Assembly (NCBI GenBank): GCA_012103315.1
Contig: WLWZ01000011.1
Span: forward strand, 11,869-75,868
DNA: 64,000 bases
Source of the DNA: Alphaproteobacteria bacterium
GTDB taxonomy: Bacteria; Pseudomonadota; Alphaproteobacteria; MPNO01; UBA2964
Direction of reading: 5' to 3'
The notes below the pieces were generated by a model. The model made no database searches. It was not told the origin of the DNA and worked only from the letters and a program-made list of their open reading frames with translations. The position numbers and the translations under genes were made by a program. Numbering within the stretch: position 1 is the stretch's first letter; each line of letters starts with the position of its first letter. Shown in pieces: positions 38,100-47,965 of the stretch.

Positions 38100-39314
38100 A
38101 TGCCTGATGCTGGACACAGCGCGGACGTTTCGCGCGAAGAATTGGCAGAACGTGCCCGTGCGATGGTCCCTGTTTTACAGAATCGTGCGCCCGAGGCGGA
38201 AAAGAACCGGCGGGTGCCGGATATCACGCACAAAGAATTTGTCGAAGCAGGATTTTACAGAATGTTCCAGCCGCGCCGCTATGGTGGCTATGAAATGGAC
38301 TGGGATTGTATTCTGGACGTGGCTTCCGAGCTTGGACGCGGTTGTGGTTCGAGCTGTTGGGTGTTTACGAACTTGACCGGTCAAACTTGGATTAATGGGA
38401 TGAAGGGGGAGCAGGCTCAGGATGACGTTTGGAAGGACAATCCTGACGCCGTCATTGCATCATCTTTCCCAGGCAAAGGCGCATCCGTCAAAGTCGTCGA
38501 TGGTGGTTGGATCGCCGATGGTATGTGGGGATTTTCGAGCGGTATCGATTTTGCCGACTGGAGCAACGTCCAGCTTTTCGTGCCACAGGAAAATGGTCCG
38601 CCGCAGCATCAGTTTGCGCTTGTTCCGAAAACCGATTTCACTGAGATGGTGGATGATTGGAACCCGAGCGGGTTGGCAGCGACGGGTAGCCGGTCTTTTG
38701 TTCTGAAAGAAGTGTTCATCCCTGAACATCGGGCAATATCGGCCGGGCAAGTTCAAGGCGGTCCGACCCCGGGGAGCGATGTTAATCCAATCTCGCTCTA
38801 CAAGATTCCACTATTTGCCATGGGGACCAAACAATTTGCTTCGACAGCGGTTGGTATCGCGTTGGGTGCACTGGATGCCATGTGGGCGGATTTAGCAACG
38901 CGCAAATCGGTGGCCGGGGTAAAACTCAGTGAGCAAGGGACGGTTCAGTCTCGCGTTGCTGAGTCGAGCGCTGAGATTGAAGCAGCGCGGGCACTTTTGC
39001 TGGAAGACTTCCGCGAGAGCAATCTGGTTGCGGCGAGCGATGATCCGCCGACCCAAGAGCAACGGGCCCGCTGGCGCCGGAATAATTCTTTTGCTGGTAA
39101 ACTGTGCGTTCAGGCTGTCGAAAGGCTATTTCCGCTGGCAGGCGGGCGAGGACTAGGGTTTGATAGCCCGTATCAACGCGCAGTCCGCGATGTTCATGCC
39201 GCAACCTCACAAAATAGTATGGCGTGGGATGTCGCGGCGACCACCTATGCCCAGCAGCAGTTTGGTGCGGTGATATCAGATCCGAGATATTTTCCCGACA
39301 CCAAAAAGAATTGA
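38100..39314 (+). CDS. Flavin-dependent monooxygenase oxygenase subunit (HsaA/C2-like), second copy
   Basis: FQPRRYGG, GCGSSCW, WGFSSGID, DDW..SGLAATGS and QRAVRDVHA. Confidence 0.87.
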   Translation: MPDAGHSADVSREELAERARAMVPVLQNRAPEAEKNRRVPDITHKEFVEAGFYRMFQPRRYGGYEMDWDCILDVASELGRGCGSSCWVFTNLTGQTWINGMKGEQAQDDVWKDNPDAVIASSFPGKGASVKVVDGGWIADGMWGFSSGIDFADWSNVQLFVPQENGPPQHQFALVPKTDFTEMVDDWNPSGLAATGSRSFVLKEVFIPEHRAISAGQVQGGPTPGSDVNPISLYKIPLFAMGTKQFASTAVGIALGALDAMWADLATRKSVAGVKLSEQGTVQSRVAESSAEIEAARALLLEDFRESNLVAASDDPPTQEQRARWRRNNSFAGKLCVQAVERLFPLAGGRGLGFDSPYQRAVRDVHAATSQNSMAWDVAATTYAQQQFGAVISDPRYFPDTKKN

Positions 39315-39352
39315 TCAGGTATAATCCTCTTATCGCATTTCAGGAGAACGTT

Positions 39353-39832
39353 ATGGCTAAGCTAAGACACATTGCAATGTCGGTTGATGATCCCGAGAAA
39401 ACCGCGGATTTCTATTGTGAAGCGTTTGATATGGAGCGCGTTGGGACAACAGATTCACCGCTGGCCAAAGGTTGCTATGTGTCTGACGGCGTTATTACCG
39501 TTGCGTTGTTAAAATACAAATCCGACCATTGGGCAGGGTATGTTGATGGCGAGGATGAGCGTGGCAAAGATTATGTCGGGCTTCATCATATTGGCTTTTG
39601 GGTCGACGATGCGGAAGAGGCTGATAAAAAGATCGAGAAGGCCGGCGGTAAATACTTCATGGGTCGTCCGGACAAGAAAGCCCCGACAACATTTTATGAA
39701 ATAAAATACCGCGACCCCAATGGCGTCATCTTTGACGTGACCCATCTGGGCTGGGGCGGTGCCACCAAGGACGTCATTCCCGCACCTGGAACACCAGAAC
39801 CACCTGGCCGGGGCCATCCCAAAGATAACTGA
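39353..39832 (+). CDS. VOC/glyoxalase family protein
   Basis: KLRHIAM, GLHHIGFWVDD and KYRDPNGVIFDV; AGGAG RBS. Confidence 0.85.
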   Translation: MAKLRHIAMSVDDPEKTADFYCEAFDMERVGTTDSPLAKGCYVSDGVITVALLKYKSDHWAGYVDGEDERGKDYVGLHHIGFWVDDAEEADKKIEKAGGKYFMGRPDKKAPTTFYEIKYRDPNGVIFDVTHLGWGGATKDVIPAPGTPEPPGRGHPKDN

Positions 39833-41740
39833 TTAGAGAGCTGCCGTTGCTTCGGCGGTTTCCAACTCTTCCTGAAGTTCGAGCCAGGCTTCTTCGGCAT
39901 CCGCTAACGTTTTAGCGGCATATCCAGCTTCAACCTGCAGGGATTTAACCGCTTCGTTATCGCCTTTTTCATATAATTTAGGATCGGCAAGGGCGGTCTG
40001 CAATCTCTCCGTCTCGGTCGTTAATTTTGTTACCTTGTCTTCGGCACGCTTTACGCGTTTACGAAGCGGTGCGAGCTCGTTGCGTTTTTCAGCCGCTAGC
40101 TTGCGTTGTTTTTTCTTTGTAACTTCTGGCATGACAGCTGCAGCAGGCTCGTCGGCCCTTTTTGGCTTCTCGCTATTTTTAGCTGGTTTCGATAAGAGCT
40201 TGCGGTAGTCATCGAGGTCACCGTCATAGGGCGTAACGGTGCCCTGATCGACGAGCCATAGGCGGTCTGCGGTAAGTTCAATGACATGTGGATCATGGCT
40301 GACGATAACAACAGCGCCTTCGAATGCGTTGATCGCCTGAACCAATGCTTCGCGGGCAATAACATCGAGATGGTTGGTCGGTTCGTCGAGGAGCAGGATA
40401 TGGGGTTCGTCACTGCTCATCATCGCAAATAATAATCGTGCCTTTTCACCACCGGATAGGTTACCGGTTCGGGTGTCAGCACGCTGCTGCGAGAAACCAA
40501 ACCGCCCTAAATGATTCCGCAGTTTTACTTCGAGATCTTTTGGTCTTCGACGCGAGAGCTCTATAAGCGGCGTGGCATTGAAATCGAGCTCGTCAGTTTG
40601 GTGTTGGGCGAAATAGCCGACGCGCAATTTCCTGGATTTAACGACATGGCCCGACATCTCTGTCAAACGTCCGGCAAGTAATTTAATCAGGGTTGATTTA
40701 CCGTTACCGTTGGCACCGAGTAGTGCCACGCGGTCATCGAGATCTAATCGGAACGAGACCTTGTTCAGGACAGCTTTGCCATCATAGCCGATTGACGCGT
40801 TGTCGATGCTGTAGAGAGGTGGCGCCAGAGGTTTGGGGTCAGGGAATGTGAAAGCCACCGAGCCGTCTTCGCTGCGTTCTGGAAGTGGTTCCATCCGTTC
40901 CAACATCTTGAGACGGGATTGCGCCTGTCGAGCCTTGGTTGCCTTGTAACGGAACCGGTCGACGAACTTTTGGATGTGAGCCCGCTGTGCTTCCTGTCGA
41001 GCCCGTTCGGAAGCGATGCGCTCGAGCTTTGCGCGGAAACTGATCTCAAATCGATCATAGCCGCCGGTATAAAGCTTGAGGCGCGTGTCATCTAAATGGA
41101 GAATTTGATTTACCACGCGGTTCAACAGCCCGCGATCATGACTAACAATCAGGATCGTTCCCTGATAGCGCTTCAGGTAGTCCTCCAGCCAAAGACAGGC
41201 TTCTAGATCGAGATGGTTTGTTGGCTCATCGAGCAACAGAAGGTCTGGCTGGGTAAACAGTAACCCTGCGAGGGCAACACGCATGCGCCAACCTCCGGAA
41301 AACTCATCACAGGGTCGTTGCATTTCGGCTTCGGAGAACCCCAGCCCGGCAAGGAGGCGAGACGCTCGAGACCGTGCTCGATGAGCTTCCTTTTCATGCA
41401 GCCTCGTATGTATCTCGGCAATGCGGTTGGGGTCCGTCGCGGTTTCAGCTTCTTCGTTAAGCTTCACTAATTCGCGATCGGAAGACATGACGGTTTCGAC
41501 AAGGCTTTGTGAGCCGCTAGGAGCCTCCTGTCGTGTAATCCCGATACGCCAGCGAGATGGGTAATCAATGACACCAGTATCGGGGATTATCGATCCCATG
41601 ATCATATTGAGCAGGGTCGTCTTTCCGGCGCCGTTACGTCCAACGAAACCGACGCGATGGCCTTCATTGATCGCAGTATCGGCGTTGTCAAAAAGGGTCC
41701 GGGGGCCGATCCGGTATGTCAGCCCTTCAATGCGCAACAT
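39833..41740 (-). CDS. ABC-F family ATP-binding protein (YheS-like)
   Basis: Two ABC domains (GRNGAGKT, FSGGW, LLDEPTNHLD; GANGNGKS, LSGGE); no TM segments; C-terminal coiled coil. Confidence 0.93.
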   Translation of the reverse strand: MLRIEGLTYRIGPRTLFDNADTAINEGHRVGFVGRNGAGKTTLLNMIMGSIIPDTGVIDYPSRWRIGITRQEAPSGSQSLVETVMSSDRELVKLNEEAETATDPNRIAEIHTRLHEKEAHRARSRASRLLAGLGFSEAEMQRPCDEFSGGWRMRVALAGLLFTQPDLLLLDEPTNHLDLEACLWLEDYLKRYQGTILIVSHDRGLLNRVVNQILHLDDTRLKLYTGGYDRFEISFRAKLERIASERARQEAQRAHIQKFVDRFRYKATKARQAQSRLKMLERMEPLPERSEDGSVAFTFPDPKPLAPPLYSIDNASIGYDGKAVLNKVSFRLDLDDRVALLGANGNGKSTLIKLLAGRLTEMSGHVVKSRKLRVGYFAQHQTDELDFNATPLIELSRRRPKDLEVKLRNHLGRFGFSQQRADTRTGNLSGGEKARLLFAMMSSDEPHILLLDEPTNHLDVIAREALVQAINAFEGAVVIVSHDPHVIELTADRLWLVDQGTVTPYDGDLDDYRKLLSKPAKNSEKPKRADEPAAAVMPEVTKKKQRKLAAEKRNELAPLRKRVKRAEDKVTKLTTETERLQTALADPKLYEKGDNEAVKSLQVEAGYAAKTLADAEEAWLELQEELETAEATAAL

Positions 41741-41785
41741 GGTGTTTTGTAATTCGGTTCTTTGAAACGGGTAGCGGCCAGCGGT

Positions 41786-42034
41786 TTACTGTTCCGGTGG
41801 CAAGATTTCAACCGTGCAAATTTCTGCTGTTAGGTGACCTCGACCTATATCCTCCAGATGCATGCGCTTTTGCTCGTTGGAAAGAACTTGTCCTAAGCCC
41901 TGCGTCATCATGAGAATGATTGAACGATCTGCCATATCGAGCCAGTAACCGCGTCTGGCCAATTTGCCATCTGCATCGCGTGCAAAAGGATTGTTGGGAT
42001 CTTGTCCCATGTCGGGTTCGTAGAACTTGGCCAT
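41786..42034 (-). CDS. Small hypothetical protein (82 aa)
   Basis: Fills the intergenic gap; ATG 42034 with AG-rich leader; protein-like composition (MAKFYEPDMGQDPNNPFARD...). Confidence 0.6.
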   Translation of the reverse strand: MAKFYEPDMGQDPNNPFARDADGKLARRGYWLDMADRSIILMMTQGLGQVLSNEQKRMHLEDIGRGHLTAEICTVEILPPEQ

Positions 42035-42163
42035 GATCTCTATTCGCTCAATTAAACGGAGCGCTAAACTGCCCAGCTTTTCGACTATTCGCAAGAGCTC
42101 AGTTTCCCTGAAGCAGTGTTATGCGTTAGCGTGCGAAAAATTTCATTATTGAAAGGTTTGATC

Positions 42164-43045
42164 ATGCATTGGGCAGATAGACGCGAACGGTTTCGGACCC
42201 TTATTGAAGGAGATCGTTGCGTTCATCCTGGGTCGGTGTTTGATCCGATTTCCGCGCGAATTGCCGAGGAGTTGGGCTTTGAAGTTGGTATGTTTGCTGG
42301 TTCAGTCGCGTCCCAAACAGTTTTGGGGTCTCCGGATCTCATCGTGCTCAGCCTGTCAGAATTTGCGGAGCAGGCTTACCGGATTTGTCGCGCCGGTAAT
42401 CTTTCGCTCTTGGTTGATGCCGATCACGGCTATGGCAATGCTCTGAATGTCCGGCGGACGGTTGAGGAGTTAGAAACCGCTGGCGTTGCAGCGCTGACTA
42501 TTGAAGACACTGAGTTGCCGCAAAGTTATGGCAGCGTCGGCGGTACAAGACTTATTTCGATTGAAGAAGGCGTTGGTAAGATGAAGGCAGCGCTTGACGG
42601 TCGTCAGGACCCCAGTCTCGTCATCGCAGGTCGCACGAGCGCCATGGGAATCACTGGGCCCGAAGACACCGTTGCGCGCATAAAGGCCTATGAAGCTGTT
42701 GGTGTGGACGCTGTGTTTTTGTCCGGCGTCACAAACACAGATCAGCTCGCGGTCGTTTCAGATGCGGTAAACATTCCGATTTTTCTTGGTGGGGCAGCCT
42801 CGGCGCTCGGCGATTTGGATTCACTGAGTGCCGCCGGCGTCCGCATTTGTTTACAGGGGCATCACCCATTCCAGGCCGCGGTAAAGGCGACTTATGACAC
42901 GCTGAAAGCGTTACGGGATGGCACGCCGCCCTCAGAGATAGATACGATTGCGCCGAAAGATATGATGAAACGCCTTACTCACGAAGATGATCATCGTAAA
43001 TGGATGCAGGATTGGTTGGGCGGCGAATTAGCCGAGCGGGATTAA
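42164..43045 (+). CDS. Isocitrate lyase/PEP mutase family, oxaloacetate decarboxylase-like
   Basis: SVFDPISAR, VDADHGYGNALN, TIEDT.LP and IAGRT. Confidence 0.85.
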   Translation: MHWADRRERFRTLIEGDRCVHPGSVFDPISARIAEELGFEVGMFAGSVASQTVLGSPDLIVLSLSEFAEQAYRICRAGNLSLLVDADHGYGNALNVRRTVEELETAGVAALTIEDTELPQSYGSVGGTRLISIEEGVGKMKAALDGRQDPSLVIAGRTSAMGITGPEDTVARIKAYEAVGVDAVFLSGVTNTDQLAVVSDAVNIPIFLGGAASALGDLDSLSAAGVRICLQGHHPFQAAVKATYDTLKALRDGTPPSEIDTIAPKDMMKRLTHEDDHRKWMQDWLGGELAERD

Positions 43046-43085
43046 TTCTGCGACGGAATTTCAATTCCGAATCGTTGTATTCAAC

Positions 43086-43838
43086 ATGCAACGGTTTTAG
43101 TCATTTATTGCAGCCGTCTTTCTGACGGTTATTTTTATAAACTCTTCGCAAGCAGCTTCGGCGGATTGTAAGCCCGTGGAGACGGCTTTCGCAGGTACGA
43201 TAGTTTTGTCTGATGAGGAACAGTCAAGTTTCCAGGCAGACTTTCAATCAGCGTACGTCAAGGTCTGTAATTGGTGGGGGCAGAGTTTCACCGGACCGTT
43301 CAAGGTTATTATTGTTTATCGTGGTCCCTCCCGTGCACTGACGCCAGCCTGGAGAGGCAATCGCGGGACAATGTTTTTCCGCAAAAACACCTTGTTGTTT
43401 CGGAACGCCGCGATCACACATGAACTAACGCATGTGTTGGCACCAAACGGAAATCGTTTTCTCGCAGAAGGCTTGGCTGTATACGCTCAAGAGCATTTGA
43501 AAGGCCTCTCTGCATATCCTAATGATGGAGAGGATATTCATACGCTGGCTAAGGAATTTTCTGAACAGGCAAATTTGTCCGATCTTGATGAGCAGGCGAC
43601 GCCGAGTTCTCTCTCCGTCGATGGTCTCAGCGTGAGAGAGGCCTATTTGGTGTCTGGGTCCTTCGTCCGATATCTGATCGAGCGTTATGGAATGAAGAAA
43701 TTCCGCGAACTATATGCCCTTTCGCCCTTCCAGTCATATCGCAGAAATGCTGGCTCTTCGGGAAGGTGGAAAGATGTTTACAAGAAATCACTAAAATCAC
43801 TGGAAGCTGATTGGCGTGCTATGCTGGGAAAACTTTAG
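43086..43838 (+). pseudogene. Secreted zincin-like (HExxH) protein with in-frame TAG at codon 5; the downstream ORF is 43176-43838
   Basis: ATG CAA CGG TTT TAG, then in-frame SFIAAVFLTVIFINSSQA signal peptide; HELTH..EGLA motif; GSFVRYLIERYG. Confidence 0.6.
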
Positions 43839-44440
43839 CTAACTTTTTGCCGCTGTTTTCGCCATTTGTACCAGGTGAGGAGGGCGAAAGCGGGGGCGCC
43901 AACTGAAGCGCCGACCACAAACGGCATTTGCCAGCCAAGCCAGACAATGGGTGCGAACAAATAAAGCACGTCATCGAAATCAAACCCCCAGATGCCGGGG
44001 TAGGCTTTGTCGCCGGTGTCAGTGTTCATCTGGTCGATCTTTTCGGCATAGATTTCGGCAGCGAAGACACCGGCCGTGCCCAGGGCACCCATCAAGATCA
44101 TCCAGTTTCCAAAATGTCCGTCACGTAGCCCGATGCCGGCGCCGATGAAGAACAGAGAGGTCACGGTAATATCGCAGAACATGTCATAACGATGACCGCC
44201 AGGAGTAATCTTGCCGGTTAACCGAGCTAGTTCGCCATCAGCGCGGTCCATAAAGGCGGAGAACAACCAGAGCCAGCCGCCCCAGATATCCCACTGGCGA
44301 TCACCGATTGCGAAGGCGGAGCAGGCGGCGACGCCTGTAATTAGCCGCAACGTCGTCAAATGGTTCGGTGTGACGGCCGTGTTGGCCAGCGGGGCGATAC
44401 ATATTTTTGCAATTTTATGGGTCCAGGAGTCGCCGACCAT
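43835..44440 (-). CDS. CDP-alcohol phosphatidyltransferase family protein
   Basis: TPNHLT and DRADGELAR.TG....G..YDMFCD signature; TAATG overlap with the hpnK stop. Confidence 0.88.
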   Translation of the reverse strand: MVGDSWTHKIAKICIAPLANTAVTPNHLTTLRLITGVAACSAFAIGDRQWDIWGGWLWLFSAFMDRADGELARLTGKITPGGHRYDMFCDITVTSLFFIGAGIGLRDGHFGNWMILMGALGTAGVFAAEIYAEKIDQMNTDTGDKAYPGIWGFDFDDVLYLFAPIVWLGWQMPFVVGASVGAPAFALLTWYKWRKQRQKVS

Positions 44441-45249
44441 TATATATCCCTGTATGTCGATAGTTTGATATCAGAATTAGCGATTGCCGCCGCAACATCA
44501 GGCGAGATCAAGGCATCGAATTCCTCTTTAAACTTAAAGTCAGACGCCGCAGGGTCCATACCCTCCCAATCTCCCGTAGCGGGATGAGAGAAAATTTCCG
44601 TGACCCCATCACGCAATTTTGTGATGGCGGACAGGAGCTGGGTTTGATTGAGCGTTCCAGTCTCAGTGATGCCAATAATTTGGTCGTTATACCGGATGCC
44701 CGCCCGCCGCAAACGCCAACGCATCAAACTGATCCATGGTGAAAGTAACACCGCTCCCAAGCCACCATTCTTTTCAGCAGGCAGCCGAACCGCTTTGATG
44801 CCAAATTCCGCTGCATTCTCGAGAATGCAGCTGAGCACGATCGGGTGAAGATGCATATGGTTGTGGGCATTCACATGATCGAGCGCCAAGCCGGTATCTC
44901 GAAAGGCTCTGAACTGCGCTCGAATCTCTGCACTGAGTTGGCGCCGTGCCCTAGGTGAAAAGAAGTAGCGAAACCCTGCGCGAACAAGGTTGTCCTCCAA
45001 GAACCCATTTGGCGCAATGGAGGAAAGCTGGTCCGGTGGTAGCGTAGATCTGCCTCGTGCAACGACGATGTGAAGCCCAACACCAAGATCAGGGTGCCGT
45101 TTAGCGCGCGCGATAGCGTCTCGTACTTCAGGCTCGCCGACCATCAGGCAGGTCGCTGTCAAGATTCCGTTGGAATGTGCTGCTTCGATCGCTTCGTTTA
45201 CCGGAATCGATATGCCGAAATCATCACCCGTGACGATTAAGCGTTTCAG
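44440..45249 (-). CDS. hpnK: Hopanoid biosynthesis-associated deacetylase HpnK (YdjC family)
   Basis: KRLIVTGDDFG, VGLH, DHVNAHNHMHLHP and EIFSHPA; probable CTG start at 45249 (alternative GTG at 45270). Confidence 0.88.
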   Translation of the reverse strand: MKRLIVTGDDFGISIPVNEAIEAAHSNGILTATCLMVGEPEVRDAIARAKRHPDLGVGLHIVVARGRSTLPPDQLSSIAPNGFLEDNLVRAGFRYFFSPRARRQLSAEIRAQFRAFRDTGLALDHVNAHNHMHLHPIVLSCILENAAEFGIKAVRLPAEKNGGLGAVLLSPWISLMRWRLRRAGIRYNDQIIGITETGTLNQTQLLSAITKLRDGVTEIFSHPATGDWEGMDPAASDFKFKEEFDALISPDVAAAIANSDIKLSTYRDI

Positions 45250-46673
45250 ACTGCGTTCTCCCGGCCCCACAGGAAGCGGAAGAACTCGACGCCTTCACGG
45301 GCCTGACGCTTCATGACATTCCAGTCTTTGCACATATCGAAAAATAGCGACGCCATCTTCCGCGGCCGGAAGTAGAAGCGTTTGTAAAACACATCAACCG
45401 CTTCGAAGATCTCTTCTTTGCTAAGATGGTCGTAATGCAGAACGCTATTCTGCACGCCGTTCTCCGCAACCAGCTCGTTGCCATCTTCAGCGATGAGCCA
45501 GCCATTCTCGGTTGCTTGCTTGTACAAGAAAGTCCCTGGATAGGCGGCAGGTAGAGAGACCTGAATAGTCTTTGGGTCGATCTCTTGTGCGTATTGGATG
45601 GTCTCTTCGATTGTATCGCGGGTCTCGCCAGGAAGTCCGACAATGAAAGTCCCGTGGATTAGGATGCCGAGCTCGTGACAGTCACGTGTGAACTGCTTGG
45701 CTTTCGTGACCAATATACCTTTTTTGATATTGTTCAGGACTTTTTGATTTCCTGACTCATAGCCCACGAGAAGCAGGCGTAAGCCGTTTTCTTTCATGAT
45801 CATCAAGGTTTCATACGGGACGTTGGCTTTGGCATTACAAGACCATGTGATGCCCAGTTTTCCGAGTTCACGGGCCAACGCTTCGACGTTCTCACGATTA
45901 TCGGTAAGGGTATCGTCGTCGAAGAAGAACTCCTTGATCTCGGGGAAATTATCGCGTGCATATTTAATTTCGGCGGCGACATTATCAACCGAGCGCGTTC
46001 GGTAATTATGACCAGCAATCGTTTGTGGCCAGAGACAAAACGTACAGCGGGATTTGCAGCCACGGCCGGTATAAAGCGACATATATGGATGCAGCATATA
46101 GCCGTTGTAATAATCGCTGGGGACCAAATGTTCTTTGTAGATTGGTGTGACCCAGGGAAGAGTGTCCATATCTTCGATGAGTGGTCGTTTACCGGTAAAA
46201 TGCGGTTTGCCGTCTTTCAGAATAGTAATCCCAGGGACGTCTTCAAGGGGCTTACCCTCAGCAATTTCCTGAATTGTGAAATCGAATTCATTGTCGCAAA
46301 CAAAATCAATTGCCGGCGACGCGATAATTGTCGCCTCGTTATTGATGGCCACGTGGGCGCCACAAAACCCGATCAATAATTCGGGGTTCAGCTCTTTGAA
46401 AAGTTCAGCGACCTTAGTGTCATTCGCAAAAGACGGCGTTGAAGTGTACAGGACCAAGAACTCGTAGTCCTTCGCGTCCTTTAAGACATCGTCCACCGAT
46501 AACCCTCGTGCCGGCGCATCGACCAGCTTGCTGCCGGGGACTAATGCGGCAAGTTGTGCCAGCCATGTTGGGTACCAGAAGGATTTAACTTCCCGTTTGC
46601 ATTGATATCGTGAACCGGCACCGCCGTCATATCCGGCATAAGTCGGTGGGCTCAAAAAGAGAGTCTTCTTCAT
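45246..46673 (-). CDS. hpnJ: Hopanoid biosynthesis radical SAM protein HpnJ
   Basis: DGGAGSRYQ..REVKSFWYPTWLAQ N-terminus, CKSRCTFCLWPQT and FFFDDDT. Confidence 0.95.
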   Translation of the reverse strand: MKKTLFLSPPTYAGYDGGAGSRYQCKREVKSFWYPTWLAQLAALVPGSKLVDAPARGLSVDDVLKDAKDYEFLVLYTSTPSFANDTKVAELFKELNPELLIGFCGAHVAINNEATIIASPAIDFVCDNEFDFTIQEIAEGKPLEDVPGITILKDGKPHFTGKRPLIEDMDTLPWVTPIYKEHLVPSDYYNGYMLHPYMSLYTGRGCKSRCTFCLWPQTIAGHNYRTRSVDNVAAEIKYARDNFPEIKEFFFDDDTLTDNRENVEALARELGKLGITWSCNAKANVPYETLMIMKENGLRLLLVGYESGNQKVLNNIKKGILVTKAKQFTRDCHELGILIHGTFIVGLPGETRDTIEETIQYAQEIDPKTIQVSLPAAYPGTFLYKQATENGWLIAEDGNELVAENGVQNSVLHYDHLSKEEIFEAVDVFYKRFYFRPRKMASLFFDMCKDWNVMKRQAREGVEFFRFLWGRENAV

Positions 46674-46709
46674 CCTGTATTCCGTATCCCCTGGATCTTG
46701 ATTTCTGGC

Positions 46710-47876
46710 CTACTTGGCAACCTTTAGCCTGTTGTCAGCCAAGACAACGAATTCCCGCTCCCGCCACAGAACTTTCGTTCCACAAAAACTATAAATTCGT
46801 ACCGCGAAGGATAGCATATCCCGCACCGGAATTAACCACGCGCCGCAGGATTTACCATTGGTGAGCCCGCGGCACACTGCATAATGCAAGATTGTCCGCA
46901 TGCCCAGTGCAATCGTCACCGGCATTAAAGACATAGAGATGGAAGCGCCTAAAGTGAAGGCACCAAAGGCGGCGAAAATTGAAAGTGGAAAAATTTCAGT
47001 CGTTATTGAGGCAGCATAGCCACCGGGTTGAACGGAACGAATTGTCCGCGCCCATCTGATTTCGTGGAAAAATACACCTTTAAGGTCTTCTTCCAATATG
47101 ACGTTTTCAACAATGTATGGCACCAAGGCGACATCATAACCCTGGTCGACGACAAACTTTCCAAGCATGTAATCGTCCGCGAGAAAGTCGGCCAAAGCAG
47201 GGAATCCTCCGAAATCCTCTAGCACATTCCGCCGAACAGCCATTGTTGCACCGAAGCAGAATTTTAACTTACCAAACATCGTTGGGATCAGAGCTGACGG
47301 TAAAAACCAGTCATTGACGAACATGGCGCCGAGCCGTGACGCCAGACCTTTCGCAGCAGTGCCGGAATACAGGCACGTGGTGGCACCGACCTTGCTGTCA
47401 CCAAAGGGGGCGGTCACACGTTGTAGATAGTCGGGACTTACCCGCATGTCGCTATCAGAGATAACGAAAATGCCGTGTTTCGCAGTTTTGGCCATATTGG
47501 CAAGGTTGCTGATCTTATAGTTGGATCCGATGATCTGATCATCGACGACCAGAGAGATATCCCGGTCGGGAAATTCCTTTATGACTGCTTCGATAACGGG
47601 AATGGCCGGGTCGGTTTTTTCTCGAACACCGAATATTACCTGGTGTTCAGCGTATTCCTGACGGCAAAAAGAGCGCAAATTTTCGGCCAGTTCGAATTCC
47701 ATGCCACAAATGGGCTTCAAAACTGTCACAGGAAGATTATTTGACGAAGAGACGGGATGTCGTGTCTTCTGACGAAAGACCAAAACGCGACCGGTCGCCA
47801 CGATCATGTACCCCATTGCGAACACGAATAGCGATAGCGCGAGAACAGATAGAACTGTGGGTATGGTGAAAACCAA
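46710..47876 (-). CDS. hpnI: Bacteriohopanetetrol glucosamine glycosyltransferase HpnI
   Basis: VLKPICG, GSNYKISNL, SDSDMRV, LADDY.LG and RWARTIR; upstream of hpnJ. Confidence 0.92.
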   Translation of the reverse strand: MVFTIPTVLSVLALSLFVFAMGYMIVATGRVLVFRQKTRHPVSSSNNLPVTVLKPICGMEFELAENLRSFCRQEYAEHQVIFGVREKTDPAIPVIEAVIKEFPDRDISLVVDDQIIGSNYKISNLANMAKTAKHGIFVISDSDMRVSPDYLQRVTAPFGDSKVGATTCLYSGTAAKGLASRLGAMFVNDWFLPSALIPTMFGKLKFCFGATMAVRRNVLEDFGGFPALADFLADDYMLGKFVVDQGYDVALVPYIVENVILEEDLKGVFFHEIRWARTIRSVQPGGYAASITTEIFPLSIFAAFGAFTLGASISMSLMPVTIALGMRTILHYAVCRGLTNGKSCGAWLIPVRDMLSFAVRIYSFCGTKVLWREREFVVLADNRLKVAK

Positions 47877-47965
47877 ACCGGTAACCTCAACCTTCCGTAT
47901 TAATGCGGGCGCTATGTCTAGCCTGTAACCGCTTCACACACAATCTTTCTAAGGCATTCTGGCGA

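Noticed and set aside
43098..43100. Pyrrolysine or genome-wide TAG recoding
   Set aside because: No pyl genes in the window, and TAG terminates several intact genes at their expected ends
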